Virus record (IMG/VR): IMGVR_UViG_3300013288_000001
Coordinates: 7,140-71,139 of that record
Reading direction: 5' to 3' (one strand)
Origin: a virus
Taxonomy: Duplodnaviria; Caudoviricetes
Length of the DNA stretch: 64,000 nt
In this document: positions 52,116 to 60,901 of the stretch, piece after piece
How the letters are laid out: each line of letters begins with the position of its first letter
Numbering within the stretch: position 1 is the first letter of the stretch
Position numbers and translations under genes: made by a program
The notes under the pieces: model-generated
Databases searched by the model: none
The model's input: the letters and a program-made list of their open reading frames with translations, nothing else
What the model was told of the DNA's origin: nothing

Positions 52116-54388
52116 TTACCTATACCCGCTTCTCCATTGAGGCGATTGAACGGGACTTTGCTGACGCTTTTGAGCCGGGGGTAGACCGGATTACGCGCCT
52201 CATCCAGCAACGCGCCAGCGCCGATGGTTCACTCAACCTGAGCGGGGGTGCAAAAGACCTATTCATCGATGCCATCGGCGATGAAGTCTCCGCACTCTTC
52301 ACCCCACGCGGTAGCCGCAACGCATTCGGGCGCGATGGGGTGACGGCTCAAGCGCCGTTCCCGGTGACACTCAACCGCTGGTATGCCAACGCGGTTTATA
52401 GAGCGGTGAAACCTCATGCCGACTGGATGACCAAGCGCGTGCCACTGGACATTCAGCGGGCGCTCAAAAGCCGCGTGCAGGTGCGACGGGAGAGTTATTC
52501 ACCCATAGGCGAAACGACCAACCCGATTAAGGGATTGTTCGTGCCAAACCCGCTGGCGCAGTATGACCCGATGCACACCTGGGTAGACCCCAATGGCTAT
52601 GTCCTCTCCCAACGTATCTGGCGGGCAGGGGAGGCCACGCGCTCCAAGATTGACCGCTTGTTAGCGGACTTGATTGCGCGGGGTACAGGTTCTCTGGAGA
52701 TGTCCCGTATCCTCGAACAGTTCCTGCTTCCCGGACGCGAGTTACTCCGTACTCGTAGACCCTACGGCACCGATGCCAGCTATGACGCCATGCGACTGGC
52801 ACGGACGGAGATCGCCCATGCAGCGAACCAGGCAGCAGCCATCGCCGCCTACAGCAACCCTTATGTGGAAACCATTGACGTAGCGCGTTCCCGGTGGGGC
52901 GATCCCAATTGCAAGATTTGCCCGCAACATGCGACCATCGGCATTAACGGGGAACGTATCCGGCCAGCGTATCCAAAAGGCAGCTTTCGCATTCCACCTT
53001 TTCATCCACATTGTGTTACACCGGGTCAATTGGTGAACACTATGCGGGGCATAATCCCGATTGAAAATGTCGTGGAAGGTGATTACGTGCTTACGCACAA
53101 GGGGCGTTATCGGAAGGTGCTGGCAGCATGGAGCAAGCAGTATGACGGCTTAGTCCATGCTATCCAGACACCTTCAGGGGTTTTCGAATTAACCAGCGAG
53201 CATCCCGTTTTAACGTCTGAACGGTGGCTTGATGCCCAATTTATCCAACCGGGTCAACAAATCCTCTACGCAGCTATCTACGCTCCGCTCAATAGCATCT
53301 TGAGTGTACCGGAAAGTCATCCAGCCGAACCCCTCCAAAGCAGCATCTCGACGGGCGTCTTTGTCCGGTTTATGCCAGCCGCGCCCGTCACATTCAATCG
53401 CTACTCGGCAAGGAACAAGAGCAAAATCAAGCGAATAACGCCATACCCGATATTCCCGATGGAAGATGAGCTTGTTTCGGGTAAGGGCTTCAGCCATTGC
53501 ACGTTCAATCGACGTTGGCTCCCCATTACGCCGCATTTCAAAAACGCGCTCCAGCATGGCAGCAAGGCCGGGGTTGTATCGCTTTTTGGCAGCAGACATC
53601 TTTTTGCGAACTTCTGGTCTGCTCATGGGATTGTTTTCGCCACTCCGAACCAAAGCGGCACTGATAGATTTATACATCGCACTGGTCATGGCAGATCGGG
53701 TTCCATCATCGTGCGACCAAGTAGCAGCAACGGCTTGACTTCTGGTTTTAAGCTCCAATCCGGCGCGCTTCATCAGACTGCGAAACATACGGAAAGTTAT
53801 CCCCAACTCAGTTCGGATGGCGGGATGATTAAGCCTTTGAGTGTAGTAGAGGTCGGCAAGGACTTCGGAGTAGGGGCGATTGAATTGCCCTTCAATTCTG
53901 GCGATATGCTTGAGTTGGGCGTGGGAAGATCTGCAACTAGGGGCTTTGCAAATTTTGCCAGTACAGGGGGAATCACAAACCAAACAGCGGTTGAGCTTTG
54001 TCACGATAACCTCTCGTCGTTATCTCTCGATGTTGAAGTGGGCGCTGCGTCGAGAAACGCAGTTGTCAGCAGGGTAGCTATCCCTACTCAAGCCCATCTC
54101 TATTATAGCACGGTCGAAGGCGTAACAACCCGGCATTATTCAGGACTGGTCTACAACATGCACGTTGAAGAAGATAATTCCTATACGGTGAACAGTGCCG
54201 CTGTTCATAATTGTATGTGTAGAATTCAGGCCAACGTCGGGGACTTCGAGGAAGTGAACCGCCGACTCCGCGAATGGAGCGACATGGAAAACCCGCCGCC
54301 GCTGGATTTTCCAACGCCTTTAGACTGGTCATCGCTGCTGCTTTTGCTCCTGGGAGCCTATTTGTACAGCCAAATCGAGTTTAATTGA
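52112..54388 (+). CDS. head morphogenesis protein (SPP1 gp7/Mu gpF family) with intein
   Basis: RLARTEIA and C..C motifs; the spliced junction restores FHPH-CMCR. Confidence 0.85.
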   Translation: MITYTRFSIEAIERDFADAFEPGVDRITRLIQQRASADGSLNLSGGAKDLFIDAIGDEVSALFTPRGSRNAFGRDGVTAQAPFPVTLNRWYANAVYRAVKPHADWMTKRVPLDIQRALKSRVQVRRESYSPIGETTNPIKGLFVPNPLAQYDPMHTWVDPNGYVLSQRIWRAGEATRSKIDRLLADLIARGTGSLEMSRILEQFLLPGRELLRTRRPYGTDASYDAMRLARTEIAHAANQAAAIAAYSNPYVETIDVARSRWGDPNCKICPQHATIGINGERIRPAYPKGSFRIPPFHPHCVTPGQLVNTMRGIIPIENVVEGDYVLTHKGRYRKVLAAWSKQYDGLVHAIQTPSGVFELTSEHPVLTSERWLDAQFIQPGQQILYAAIYAPLNSILSVPESHPAEPLQSSISTGVFVRFMPAAPVTFNRYSARNKSKIKRITPYPIFPMEDELVSGKGFSHCTFNRRWLPITPHFKNALQHGSKAGVVSLFGSRHLFANFWSAHGIVFATPNQSGTDRFIHRTGHGRSGSIIVRPSSSNGLTSGFKLQSGALHQTAKHTESYPQLSSDGGMIKPLSVVEVGKDFGVGAIELPFNSGDMLELGVGRSATRGFANFASTGGITNQTAVELCHDNLSSLSLDVEVGAASRNAVVSRVAIPTQAHLYYSTVEGVTTRHYSGLVYNMHVEEDNSYTVNSAAVHNCMCRIQANVGDFEEVNRRLREWSDMENPPPLDFPTPLDWSSLLLLLLGAYLYSQIEFN
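53210..54004 (-). CDS. DUF559/Vsr-like (EDxHD-type) endonuclease encoded antisense inside the intein
   Basis: LDFALVPCRVAIECDGRGWH...DARRD.ALE..GW..FRY; NUMOD3-like GENNPMSRPEVRKKMS; Cys-rich N-terminus; GAGAGG RBS and GTG start. Confidence 0.85.
   Translation of the reverse strand: MTKLNRCLVCDSPCTGKICKAPSCRSSHAQLKHIARIEGQFNRPYSEVLADLYYTQRLNHPAIRTELGITFRMFRSLMKRAGLELKTRSQAVAATWSHDDGTRSAMTSAMYKSISAALVRSGENNPMSRPEVRKKMSAAKKRYNPGLAAMLERVFEMRRNGEPTSIERAMAEALTRNKLIFHREYRVWRYSLDFALVPCRVAIECDGRGWHKPDKDARRDAALEGFGWMTFRYTQDAIERSVDSCVEDLLTRLDKLGIKPPFRR
54102..54110 (-). promoter_or_regulatory. extended -10 promoter for the antisense endonuclease
   Basis: TGCTATAAT on the minus strand, about 100 nt upstream of GTG 54004. 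Confidence 0.65.
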
Positions 54389-54419
54389 GGCAAAGTTGAG
54401 AAGTTTGCAAAGATAGTAG

Positions 54420-54531
54420 TTGCATCAATCGAACAGTTGTGCTACTTTTAAGGTTGTGAAACTGTACCGCGAGGCGGTACGGGCTAGGGGTATTCCCTTG
54501 TCCGTACTGCCTCTTTTCGTTAGAGGCGCGT
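54420..54531 (+). promoter_or_regulatory. promoter plus attenuator-like leader, copy 1
   Basis: TTGCAT-17-TACTTT; TACCGC-GAG-GCGGTA hairpin overlapping a long terminator 54471-54517. Confidence 0.7.
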
Positions 54532-55665
54532 ATGGCAGCGACAAAATACACCGGGCGACTCATGGAAATGAGCACTCGCTTCCAGGGGAAGTACCCTGAA
54601 GTGCCGTTGGCACCCGACATCAGCATTGACGAATTGACCGAAGGGGATGCATCGCCCTTCTTCGTTACGCTCCCGGTCGGCAGGGTAGGCGCTCAGTCCA
54701 GGAATGACCGGAAGTATCCCCGCGAGGCGGTGGAAGCGATCCAGAACGCGATTGTCAACGATAAAGTTGGTGGCATCCTCGGACACATGCGGGATGAAGA
54801 CCTGCCGTATCGCTTTGACCTGCCTGTGATGCACTGGGTAGGCGCTACGCTGGAAGGCGATACGCTGTATGGCAAGGCATATATCCCGCCGAGTCAGCAG
54901 GAACTCCGTGAGTACCTCAAGATCCAAATGAAAAAAGGTGCCAAGACCGGTACGTCCATCTTTGGGACAGCCTACATCGAGGATGACGGCACGGTGCGAG
55001 ACTTGGAAATCCAAACGATTGACCTTGCTCACGCCAGCCGGGTTGGTGTCCCAATGACCGCCGCTTTACCAATGATTACCTCCGAGACTGAAAAGTCGGA
55101 GGTTGAAATATCCGATCAGCCTATAGAGGAGTCTGAAACAATGGACGCAGAGAAGAAACTCAATGCGGAAGCTGCTCCGGTGGAACCCGCCGTCATCATT
55201 GAGATGAAGCGGAGCCACGCTGAAGCAGTTCGTGAACTGAATGCCAAGCTGCTGGAAGCCCAGGCCGAAGCTTCTGACCTGAATAAGGTTCGTGAGATGC
55301 TGGGCAAGCCCACCGACGTGATCCTGGCGCTGCAAACCCTTCAGCGCGATAAGGCCAGCCTCGCCAAAGAGAACCTGGAACTGCTCCAGGGCGCAATCAA
55401 GCTGTCGGTTGAGGAAGCTGTGAAGGTTCCCGCCGCCCGCCCAATCGTCGAAGCGGCTGTGAAGGCTGAGAAGCCTACCCGCGCCAGCGAAGTCAAGCAA
55501 GTTCTGGAAGCGGTTCTGGGCCGTACCGAGATGGTCGAACTGCTGAAGCTGGAAGTTCGTGAGGCGATGGGGCCGGAACAGACCCGCCCGCAGACCCCGG
55601 TCAAGCCGGAAGACAAGCGGGACGCCAATCCAGACTTCGTTATTCACATTCCCGGCATGGACTAA
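54532..55665 (+). CDS. prohead protease/scaffold protein
   Basis: NDRKYPREAV, GILGH, TSIFG protease-like N-terminus; coiled-coil scaffold C-terminus. Confidence 0.7.
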   Translation: MAATKYTGRLMEMSTRFQGKYPEVPLAPDISIDELTEGDASPFFVTLPVGRVGAQSRNDRKYPREAVEAIQNAIVNDKVGGILGHMRDEDLPYRFDLPVMHWVGATLEGDTLYGKAYIPPSQQELREYLKIQMKKGAKTGTSIFGTAYIEDDGTVRDLEIQTIDLAHASRVGVPMTAALPMITSETEKSEVEISDQPIEESETMDAEKKLNAEAAPVEPAVIIEMKRSHAEAVRELNAKLLEAQAEASDLNKVREMLGKPTDVILALQTLQRDKASLAKENLELLQGAIKLSVEEAVKVPAARPIVEAAVKAEKPTRASEVKQVLEAVLGRTEMVELLKLEVREAMGPEQTRPQTPVKPEDKRDANPDFVIHIPGMD

Positions 55666-55736
55666 CCCTGCCGGGTTCCTGCGGTTTGCAGAGTTATCCC
55701 TTGCAGTAAGCCAATCGAGAGTCGAGGAGGACTTCA

Positions 55737-56114
55737 ATGGCCGTTAGCACTGAAATTTACAAGGAAAGCGATGGGCAGGCGCTCAATGTCACGTTGAGCT
55801 ATCCCACGCAGGGCAAAGCCGTGGCCTACGTCAATGGCTGGCTGGGTATCACCGAACGCTCTGGTAACAGTGGCGAACAGGTGGGACTGTCCATCGGGCG
55901 TGTCGAATATCAGTTCGAAGTGCCGTCCGGTTTGGCCGTCGCTATCGGGGAAGTGGTTCGCATTGACCTGACCGCTTTGGGCAGTGCTCACACCCCGCCG
56001 TCGGCTGCGTACAACAAGAGCGCGGCTTCCGCCACCAACATCGACCTTTTTAAGGCCACCGCCGCAAAAGACGCCAATAACGTCGTCACCGGCGTCCTGA
56101 TCGCCAACGCCTAA
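55737..56114 (+). CDS. capsid decoration/cement protein
   Basis: Small beta protein between scaffold and capsid genes, GGAGG RBS. Confidence 0.6.
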   Translation: MAVSTEIYKESDGQALNVTLSYPTQGKAVAYVNGWLGITERSGNSGEQVGLSIGRVEYQFEVPSGLAVAIGEVVRIDLTALGSAHTPPSAAYNKSAASATNIDLFKATAAKDANNVVTGVLIANA

Positions 56115-56154
56115 CGGCCTGCGGCGACTAGCACACACTAACGAGGTAAACGCT

Positions 56155-57273
56155 ATGAGCACGACAGGCCCCCGTATCATCAGCCGCGAATCGCTGCGCT
56201 TGGAGAACATCCAGCGCCGCGTCCGTGCGGTTGAAGCCATGTCCAGCAAGAATCCAATGAAGTCTCAGTGGTTGGATATGCTGGCTGAAGGCACCATCCC
56301 CAACGCTTCCTTTGGTGAGAACTACGACCTGAAGAAGGCCGTCAAGCTGACCAAAGAAGGCGACCGTACCATTGCCGAGTTCATCGGCGCGGGTTCCATC
56401 TCGCAGGACTTCTTCGTCCGCCAGCGTTACGAAGTAGAAGCAGGCCGCGATCTGGAGCCACTTCTGTTCCCGGCGATCTACAACGTGATTAACGATGCTT
56501 CCTTGCCGGAAACCATCGAAATCAACACCCTGGGGCCGGAAGGCGTGGTCTTCGACAAAATCCTGGAAGGCGGCGAAGTCAAGTTCGCTTCCCTCGGTCA
56601 GTCGGAAAAGACCGTGCGCCTGAACCAGTACGCGGCAGGTATTGAATACTCGGAACGTCTGTTCCGCTTCAATAGCCTGTTCCGCTTCCCGTTCATCGAA
56701 CGGCAGTTCGGTGTAGCGGCGAATGCGCTCCAGAACTACATCCACATGCAGCCGATCCTAGACTACAGCTATGCCGCGTCGAATCAGACGGCAGCCAGCG
56801 CCGTCGGCAGCACCCTGGAAGAGAAGTACCACAACACGATTGACGCGGCGATCACCCACAGCCGCGCCGATACGACCTACCCGCGTCGTGGCCCGTATGT
56901 CCTGCTGGTGTCCACCTCGAACCTGAGCATGGCCCGCAAAGCCGTGACTCGCGTTCCGCAGCAGACCTTCGAGCGCCAGTCGCCTGAGGTCTTTGACAAC
57001 GTGCAGGCGGTTGTTGCCTACGACGGCTGGACGGGTACCCGTGGCAAGAAAGCCACCACCTACGCCGGTGTCACAAACAACAAAGCCTATCTCATTTCGC
57101 TGGCCTACCGCGAAATGGACTTCCAGAGCTATTACCAGCAGGCGCTTCGCCAGCAGCGTGGCGACGGTGATCTGAGCCGCTTCATCGTGGAACAGGTCAT
57201 CTATGACATGTGGTTTGGTGCCTATGCCAACCCCCGTGCGGCCGTGGAAGAGATTTCTTGGCCTACGAGCTGA
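56155..57273 (+). CDS. major capsid protein (HK97 fold)
   Basis: Position and size; GGEVKFASL, YAAGIEYS and LLVSTS patterns. Confidence 0.8.
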   Translation: MSTTGPRIISRESLRLENIQRRVRAVEAMSSKNPMKSQWLDMLAEGTIPNASFGENYDLKKAVKLTKEGDRTIAEFIGAGSISQDFFVRQRYEVEAGRDLEPLLFPAIYNVINDASLPETIEINTLGPEGVVFDKILEGGEVKFASLGQSEKTVRLNQYAAGIEYSERLFRFNSLFRFPFIERQFGVAANALQNYIHMQPILDYSYAASNQTAASAVGSTLEEKYHNTIDAAITHSRADTTYPRRGPYVLLVSTSNLSMARKAVTRVPQQTFERQSPEVFDNVQAVVAYDGWTGTRGKKATTYAGVTNNKAYLISLAYREMDFQSYYQQALRQQRGDGDLSRFIVEQVIYDMWFGAYANPRAAVEEISWPTS

Positions 57274-57282
57274 GGTAGCTGA

Positions 57283-58347
57283 ATGAACATTATCAACGTT
57301 GCCTGTCCTACCTTCAAAACTGCCGAGTCGTATGGACGCTTGGCGGGGGAGATTGCCACCTACCTTGCGGGTATGGGCTATCACGTCAACCGTATCGGTG
57401 GGGCAGGTCTCGTTGATGGTGCCCGGTTCATGCCTGTGACTGGCGGTCTGGTCATGGGGTATCCCACGCTGTTTCCGGGGTTTGGCGGGCTGGTGAATGC
57501 TGGGCCAAAACTGGCGCTCACGATGTTTGAAAGCACCCAAATCCCGTCCGAGTGGATTGAACCGTTGAATGCGTGTAACCGGATTGTCGTTCCGGCACGA
57601 TGGCTGGTCGAAGTATTCCGGCAGTCTGGCGTGGAGTCGCCGGTTGAAGTAGCCCCGTTAGGCATCAGCAACACCTTCATGGTGCCTAAGCTCCGCCGCT
57701 TCACGACCCCCTTCACGTTCCTTGTTATTGGAGATCGTGGCTACCGCAAGGGCTGGTGGCACGCGCTCCGCGCCTTCACCAACGCCTTTGGGAAAGACAC
57801 CCGCTACCGGCTCATCATCAAAGCGCGGGGTGGTCATGCCGACGCGCTGGCCGGGATCAGCAACCCCAACATCGAAGTGATTACGGATGAGTACACCGAC
57901 GCGCAAATGCTCGACCTGTACCACCGCAGTCACGTCATGGTCTTCCCAACCTGCGCTGAAGGCTTTGGTTTCCCGCCGCGTGAGTTTGCTGCGACCGGCG
58001 GTGTAGCACTGGCAACCGACTTCGGTGGCACGGCAGACGACATCGAACGGTGGGGTATCCCTATCCCTTACACGCTGTCTGAAGCGTGGGTCAATCATCA
58101 TGACTGGGATGAGAAAAAGGGACAACTCGGCCTATGGGCAGAACCGGACGTAGATGCACTGGCTGACCTGATGTATCACGTCGCCAGCCACTATGACGAA
58201 GCTTACGCGCCGTTTGGCTTAAGAGCCGCCGGGTACTGCCTGAGTCACTACACCTGGAAGCGCACCACGCAGATCATCGACCGCGCATGGAAGAAGGTAC
58301 TGGACGATGCCAGCCACACCCGACGAGAGACTGCGGTTCCGGCGTAA
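57283..58347 (+). CDS. GT4-family glycosyltransferase
   Basis: ESYG, MFEST, RKG, AEGFGFPPRE. Confidence 0.88.
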   Translation: MNIINVACPTFKTAESYGRLAGEIATYLAGMGYHVNRIGGAGLVDGARFMPVTGGLVMGYPTLFPGFGGLVNAGPKLALTMFESTQIPSEWIEPLNACNRIVVPARWLVEVFRQSGVESPVEVAPLGISNTFMVPKLRRFTTPFTFLVIGDRGYRKGWWHALRAFTNAFGKDTRYRLIIKARGGHADALAGISNPNIEVITDEYTDAQMLDLYHRSHVMVFPTCAEGFGFPPREFAATGGVALATDFGGTADDIERWGIPIPYTLSEAWVNHHDWDEKKGQLGLWAEPDVDALADLMYHVASHYDEAYAPFGLRAAGYCLSHYTWKRTTQIIDRAWKKVLDDASHTRRETAVPA

Positions 58348-58693
58348 GCTGGGTGGCGACGAAACCACCATGCCCATCGCTTACATTGATGACATTTTCA
58401 ATGAAGCGGAGGAACAGTACGCCAGCGCCAGCTACCCGCGCAAAGTCCAGCAGGCCGCCGCCTACCATCTGGGGGCGCTCGACCTGTACACCGCCGCCAG
58501 TAAGCTGGTCGATTACCGCGCCAATGAGAGCGAAGTGAAGCACTCACAACGGGTCAAGGCGCTGAATGATCTAGTCGGTCGGTTCAAAAAGGAACTGGAC
58601 GAAGCGGTAGACGACGTGGAAAACAGGTTGCCCGCGTTCCGTTCCGGGCGCGTGTTCGTGCGGGAAGTAGACCGGGATGAGCCTTATGCTTGA
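58307..58693 (+). CDS. head-tail adaptor
   Basis: Helical protein in the neck position. Confidence 0.55.
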   Translation: MPATPDERLRFRRKLGGDETTMPIAYIDDIFNEAEEQYASASYPRKVQQAAAYHLGALDLYTAASKLVDYRANESEVKHSQRVKALNDLVGRFKKELDEAVDDVENRLPAFRSGRVFVREVDRDEPYA

Positions 58694-59063
58694 CTTTGAC
58701 GCCTGGCTGGGCCTGAACGAACTGGATAACGCCGGGGAAATTCGCCTCCGGGCGAATGATGCCTGGGTACGTATCCAGCAGCGTCCATCCAGCGTGGTAC
58801 TGCTCCGGGGCAATCCAGCCACCGCACAGGCCGCGCAAACCATGCGGGTCGAACATGACAGCACCCTGACCGAAAGTGAAGGTGGGGGCGGCAAGTCCTC
58901 TAGCCAGCGCGTGTATCTGTTTGGCGTCAAGGGACACCGGACAGTCGCAGACACCAACATCCAGCGTGGTGATCGCTTTGCACTAGGCGCAACCCAGTAC
59001 CGCGTAGTCACAGTCATGGATCAGATCGGTGAGGTGCAGGCGATTGCGGAGGCGCAAACCTGA
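58686..59063 (+). CDS. head closure protein
   Basis: IQRGDRFALGATQYRVVTV. Confidence 0.6.
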   Translation: MLDFDAWLGLNELDNAGEIRLRANDAWVRIQQRPSSVVLLRGNPATAQAAQTMRVEHDSTLTESEGGGGKSSSQRVYLFGVKGHRTVADTNIQRGDRFALGATQYRVVTVMDQIGEVQAIAEAQT

Positions 59064-59416
59064 TGGAAGTCTCGTTCCACTGGGAAGGCCAGCAAGGGCT
59101 GATTACCAACCTTGGTCTGTACGGGGAACAGGTGAAACGTATCCCGCACACGGTGTTGGAATACTACCAGCCGGTGCTGGAAACCTACATGAAAGAGAAC
59201 GCGGTGTGGACAGATCGAACCGGGAACGCCCGCCAGAGTCTCTACACCCAACTGGAAGATCTAGCGCAGGACGTGGCGATTTTGTATCTGGCGCATGGCA
59301 TGGAATACGGTCTCTGGCTGGAAGTCCGTTGGGCGGGCAAGTTTGCCATCATCTGGCCGACGATTGCGGCGCACCTGGATGAGATCGCTATCCGGATTCA
59401 AAGGCTGCTGTCCTAA
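59063..59416 (+). CDS. HK97 gp10-like tail component
   Basis: WTDRTGNARQSL...YGLWLE...FAIIWPT. Confidence 0.7.
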   Translation: MEVSFHWEGQQGLITNLGLYGEQVKRIPHTVLEYYQPVLETYMKENAVWTDRTGNARQSLYTQLEDLAQDVAILYLAHGMEYGLWLEVRWAGKFAIIWPTIAAHLDEIAIRIQRLLS

Positions 59417-59865
59417 TGGCGTCTTTTCGTGACACGCTCCAGACACAACTGACCGGCGATGCCATCCTAATGGCACTCTTGACCGGCGGCGTGCTTGACC
59501 CGGCAGACCTGCCACAAGACGGCGGTGGGGCAGGAAGTGTGCCGCGTAATACGGACGGTGTGACGATCAAGCCTTTTGCGATTTTGCGGGGCGGGCCGGA
59601 TGGAAGCTATCAGGGTGAAGATCGGATCTTAAGCGCCGGGGCGGAATTTTGGGAAGTGTACCTGTATCAGGATGTGGGCTACGGCACGATTGACCAGGCG
59701 GTAGGGCGTATCAAAACCTTACTCCATGACACCTATATCACTGCCGATGATCGCGCCATAGCCCATGTCCTGTATACCTTCACCTCTGCTGATTTAGTGG
59801 CAGATGAACTGGGCGGTTGCCCAATGAAGCTATGTCGGTATCAAGTCATTCACATTCGGAAGTGA
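59416..59865 (+). CDS. tail terminator
   Basis: Position before the major tail protein. Confidence 0.55.
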   Translation: MASFRDTLQTQLTGDAILMALLTGGVLDPADLPQDGGGAGSVPRNTDGVTIKPFAILRGGPDGSYQGEDRILSAGAEFWEVYLYQDVGYGTIDQAVGRIKTLLHDTYITADDRAIAHVLYTFTSADLVADELGGCPMKLCRYQVIHIRK

Positions 59866-59875
59866 GGAGTCTATC

Positions 59876-60469
59876 ATGCCCAGTTATGGCGATGTCATTT
59901 ACAACCCCACCGGCGCGGTGATCGCCCGCTACAACCTGAACAACACCTATGGAACCCCCGGTCTGGTGGACTACATGGGTAAGTTCATGTTCAACTACGA
60001 GTCTGACACCGACGAATTGAAGGTGTCCGGCGCGATTGTCGAAACCCTGAGCATCCCCACGAAAGCCGTCGGTGAGATGGAACAACTCTCGCTCGACTTC
60101 GTCACATGGGGCCTGCTGACCGGGTACGCGGCGGATGAGTACGGTTCGACCCCCAACCGCTACTACCAGACCGATGTGCGCTTCGGCGGTGAAGGCGTCC
60201 CGTACTGCGGGATTATCATCGCCTATCAAGCCACCAATGGAGCCAATGCGCTGGTTGGCTTCCCTAAGTTCAAGATCGACACGCCAATGGGCTTTGATGT
60301 CGATCAGAACAAATTCCGCAAGGCCAGCGTGTCCCTCACGGCAGTCGGTGTTGGCCCGCGATATCGCGGTGTGCGGGTTCGGAAGCATGAAACGGCGGCG
60401 GCACTGCCAACAACCGCGTCGGCTTTCCTGCAATTCTTCACCGTCCCTGGCGATATGTTTGCGGGGTAG
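59876..60469 (+). CDS. major tail tube protein
   Basis: GAGGAG RBS; size and position. Confidence 0.65.
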   Translation: MPSYGDVIYNPTGAVIARYNLNNTYGTPGLVDYMGKFMFNYESDTDELKVSGAIVETLSIPTKAVGEMEQLSLDFVTWGLLTGYAADEYGSTPNRYYQTDVRFGGEGVPYCGIIIAYQATNGANALVGFPKFKIDTPMGFDVDQNKFRKASVSLTAVGVGPRYRGVRVRKHETAAALPTTASAFLQFFTVPGDMFAG

Positions 60470-60472
60470 TGC

Positions 60473-60901
60473 ATGAGCATCATTGAAATTCCAGCCGGGG
60501 TCACTCCGGCAAGCGAATGGCGTAAGGCGCGGGAAACCCAACTGCAACTGCCATCGGGTAAGACCATCCTGGCAAAGCGCCCTGATCCAATTGACCTCGT
60601 CCTGCAGGACGGGGTTATTCCGGATTCGCTGGCGCAGCTGATTGTCGAACAGATTGGCGGTTCACCCAACACCCAGTGGAAGCCTACCCGTCAGGAAGTC
60701 GGCAAGATCGGTCACATGATGAACACGGTAGCAAAGGCCGTGTTCCTGTACCCTCAGATTGTGGACAGCAATCCGGGGGAAGGGCAGATCCTCATTGAGG
60801 ACGTGTCGGCTGATGACAAGATGTTCCTCTTGAACTGGGCGTTAGGAGTAGGCGGGGCTACGGCTTCGGCTGCCCGATTTCCTAAGAAACCGACGCGCTA
60901 G
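60473..60901 (+). CDS. tail assembly chaperone G
   Basis: Follows the major tail protein; overlapping open +1 frame begins at 60852. Confidence 0.65.
   Translation: MSIIEIPAGVTPASEWRKARETQLQLPSGKTILAKRPDPIDLVLQDGVIPDSLAQLIVEQIGGSPNTQWKPTRQEVGKIGHMMNTVAKAVFLYPQIVDSNPGEGQILIEDVSADDKMFLLNWALGVGGATASAARFPKKPTR

Larger units (their letters stand above)
53012..54211 (+). mobile_element. intein, 400 aa
   Basis: C1 (CVTPG), block B TSEHP, block F VYNMHVEEDNSY, terminal HN followed by C+1. Confidence 0.92.

Noticed and set aside
55066-57540. Antisense ORFs of 200-260 aa over scaffold and capsid genes
   Set aside because: Shadow ORFs with no domain signal or expression signals.
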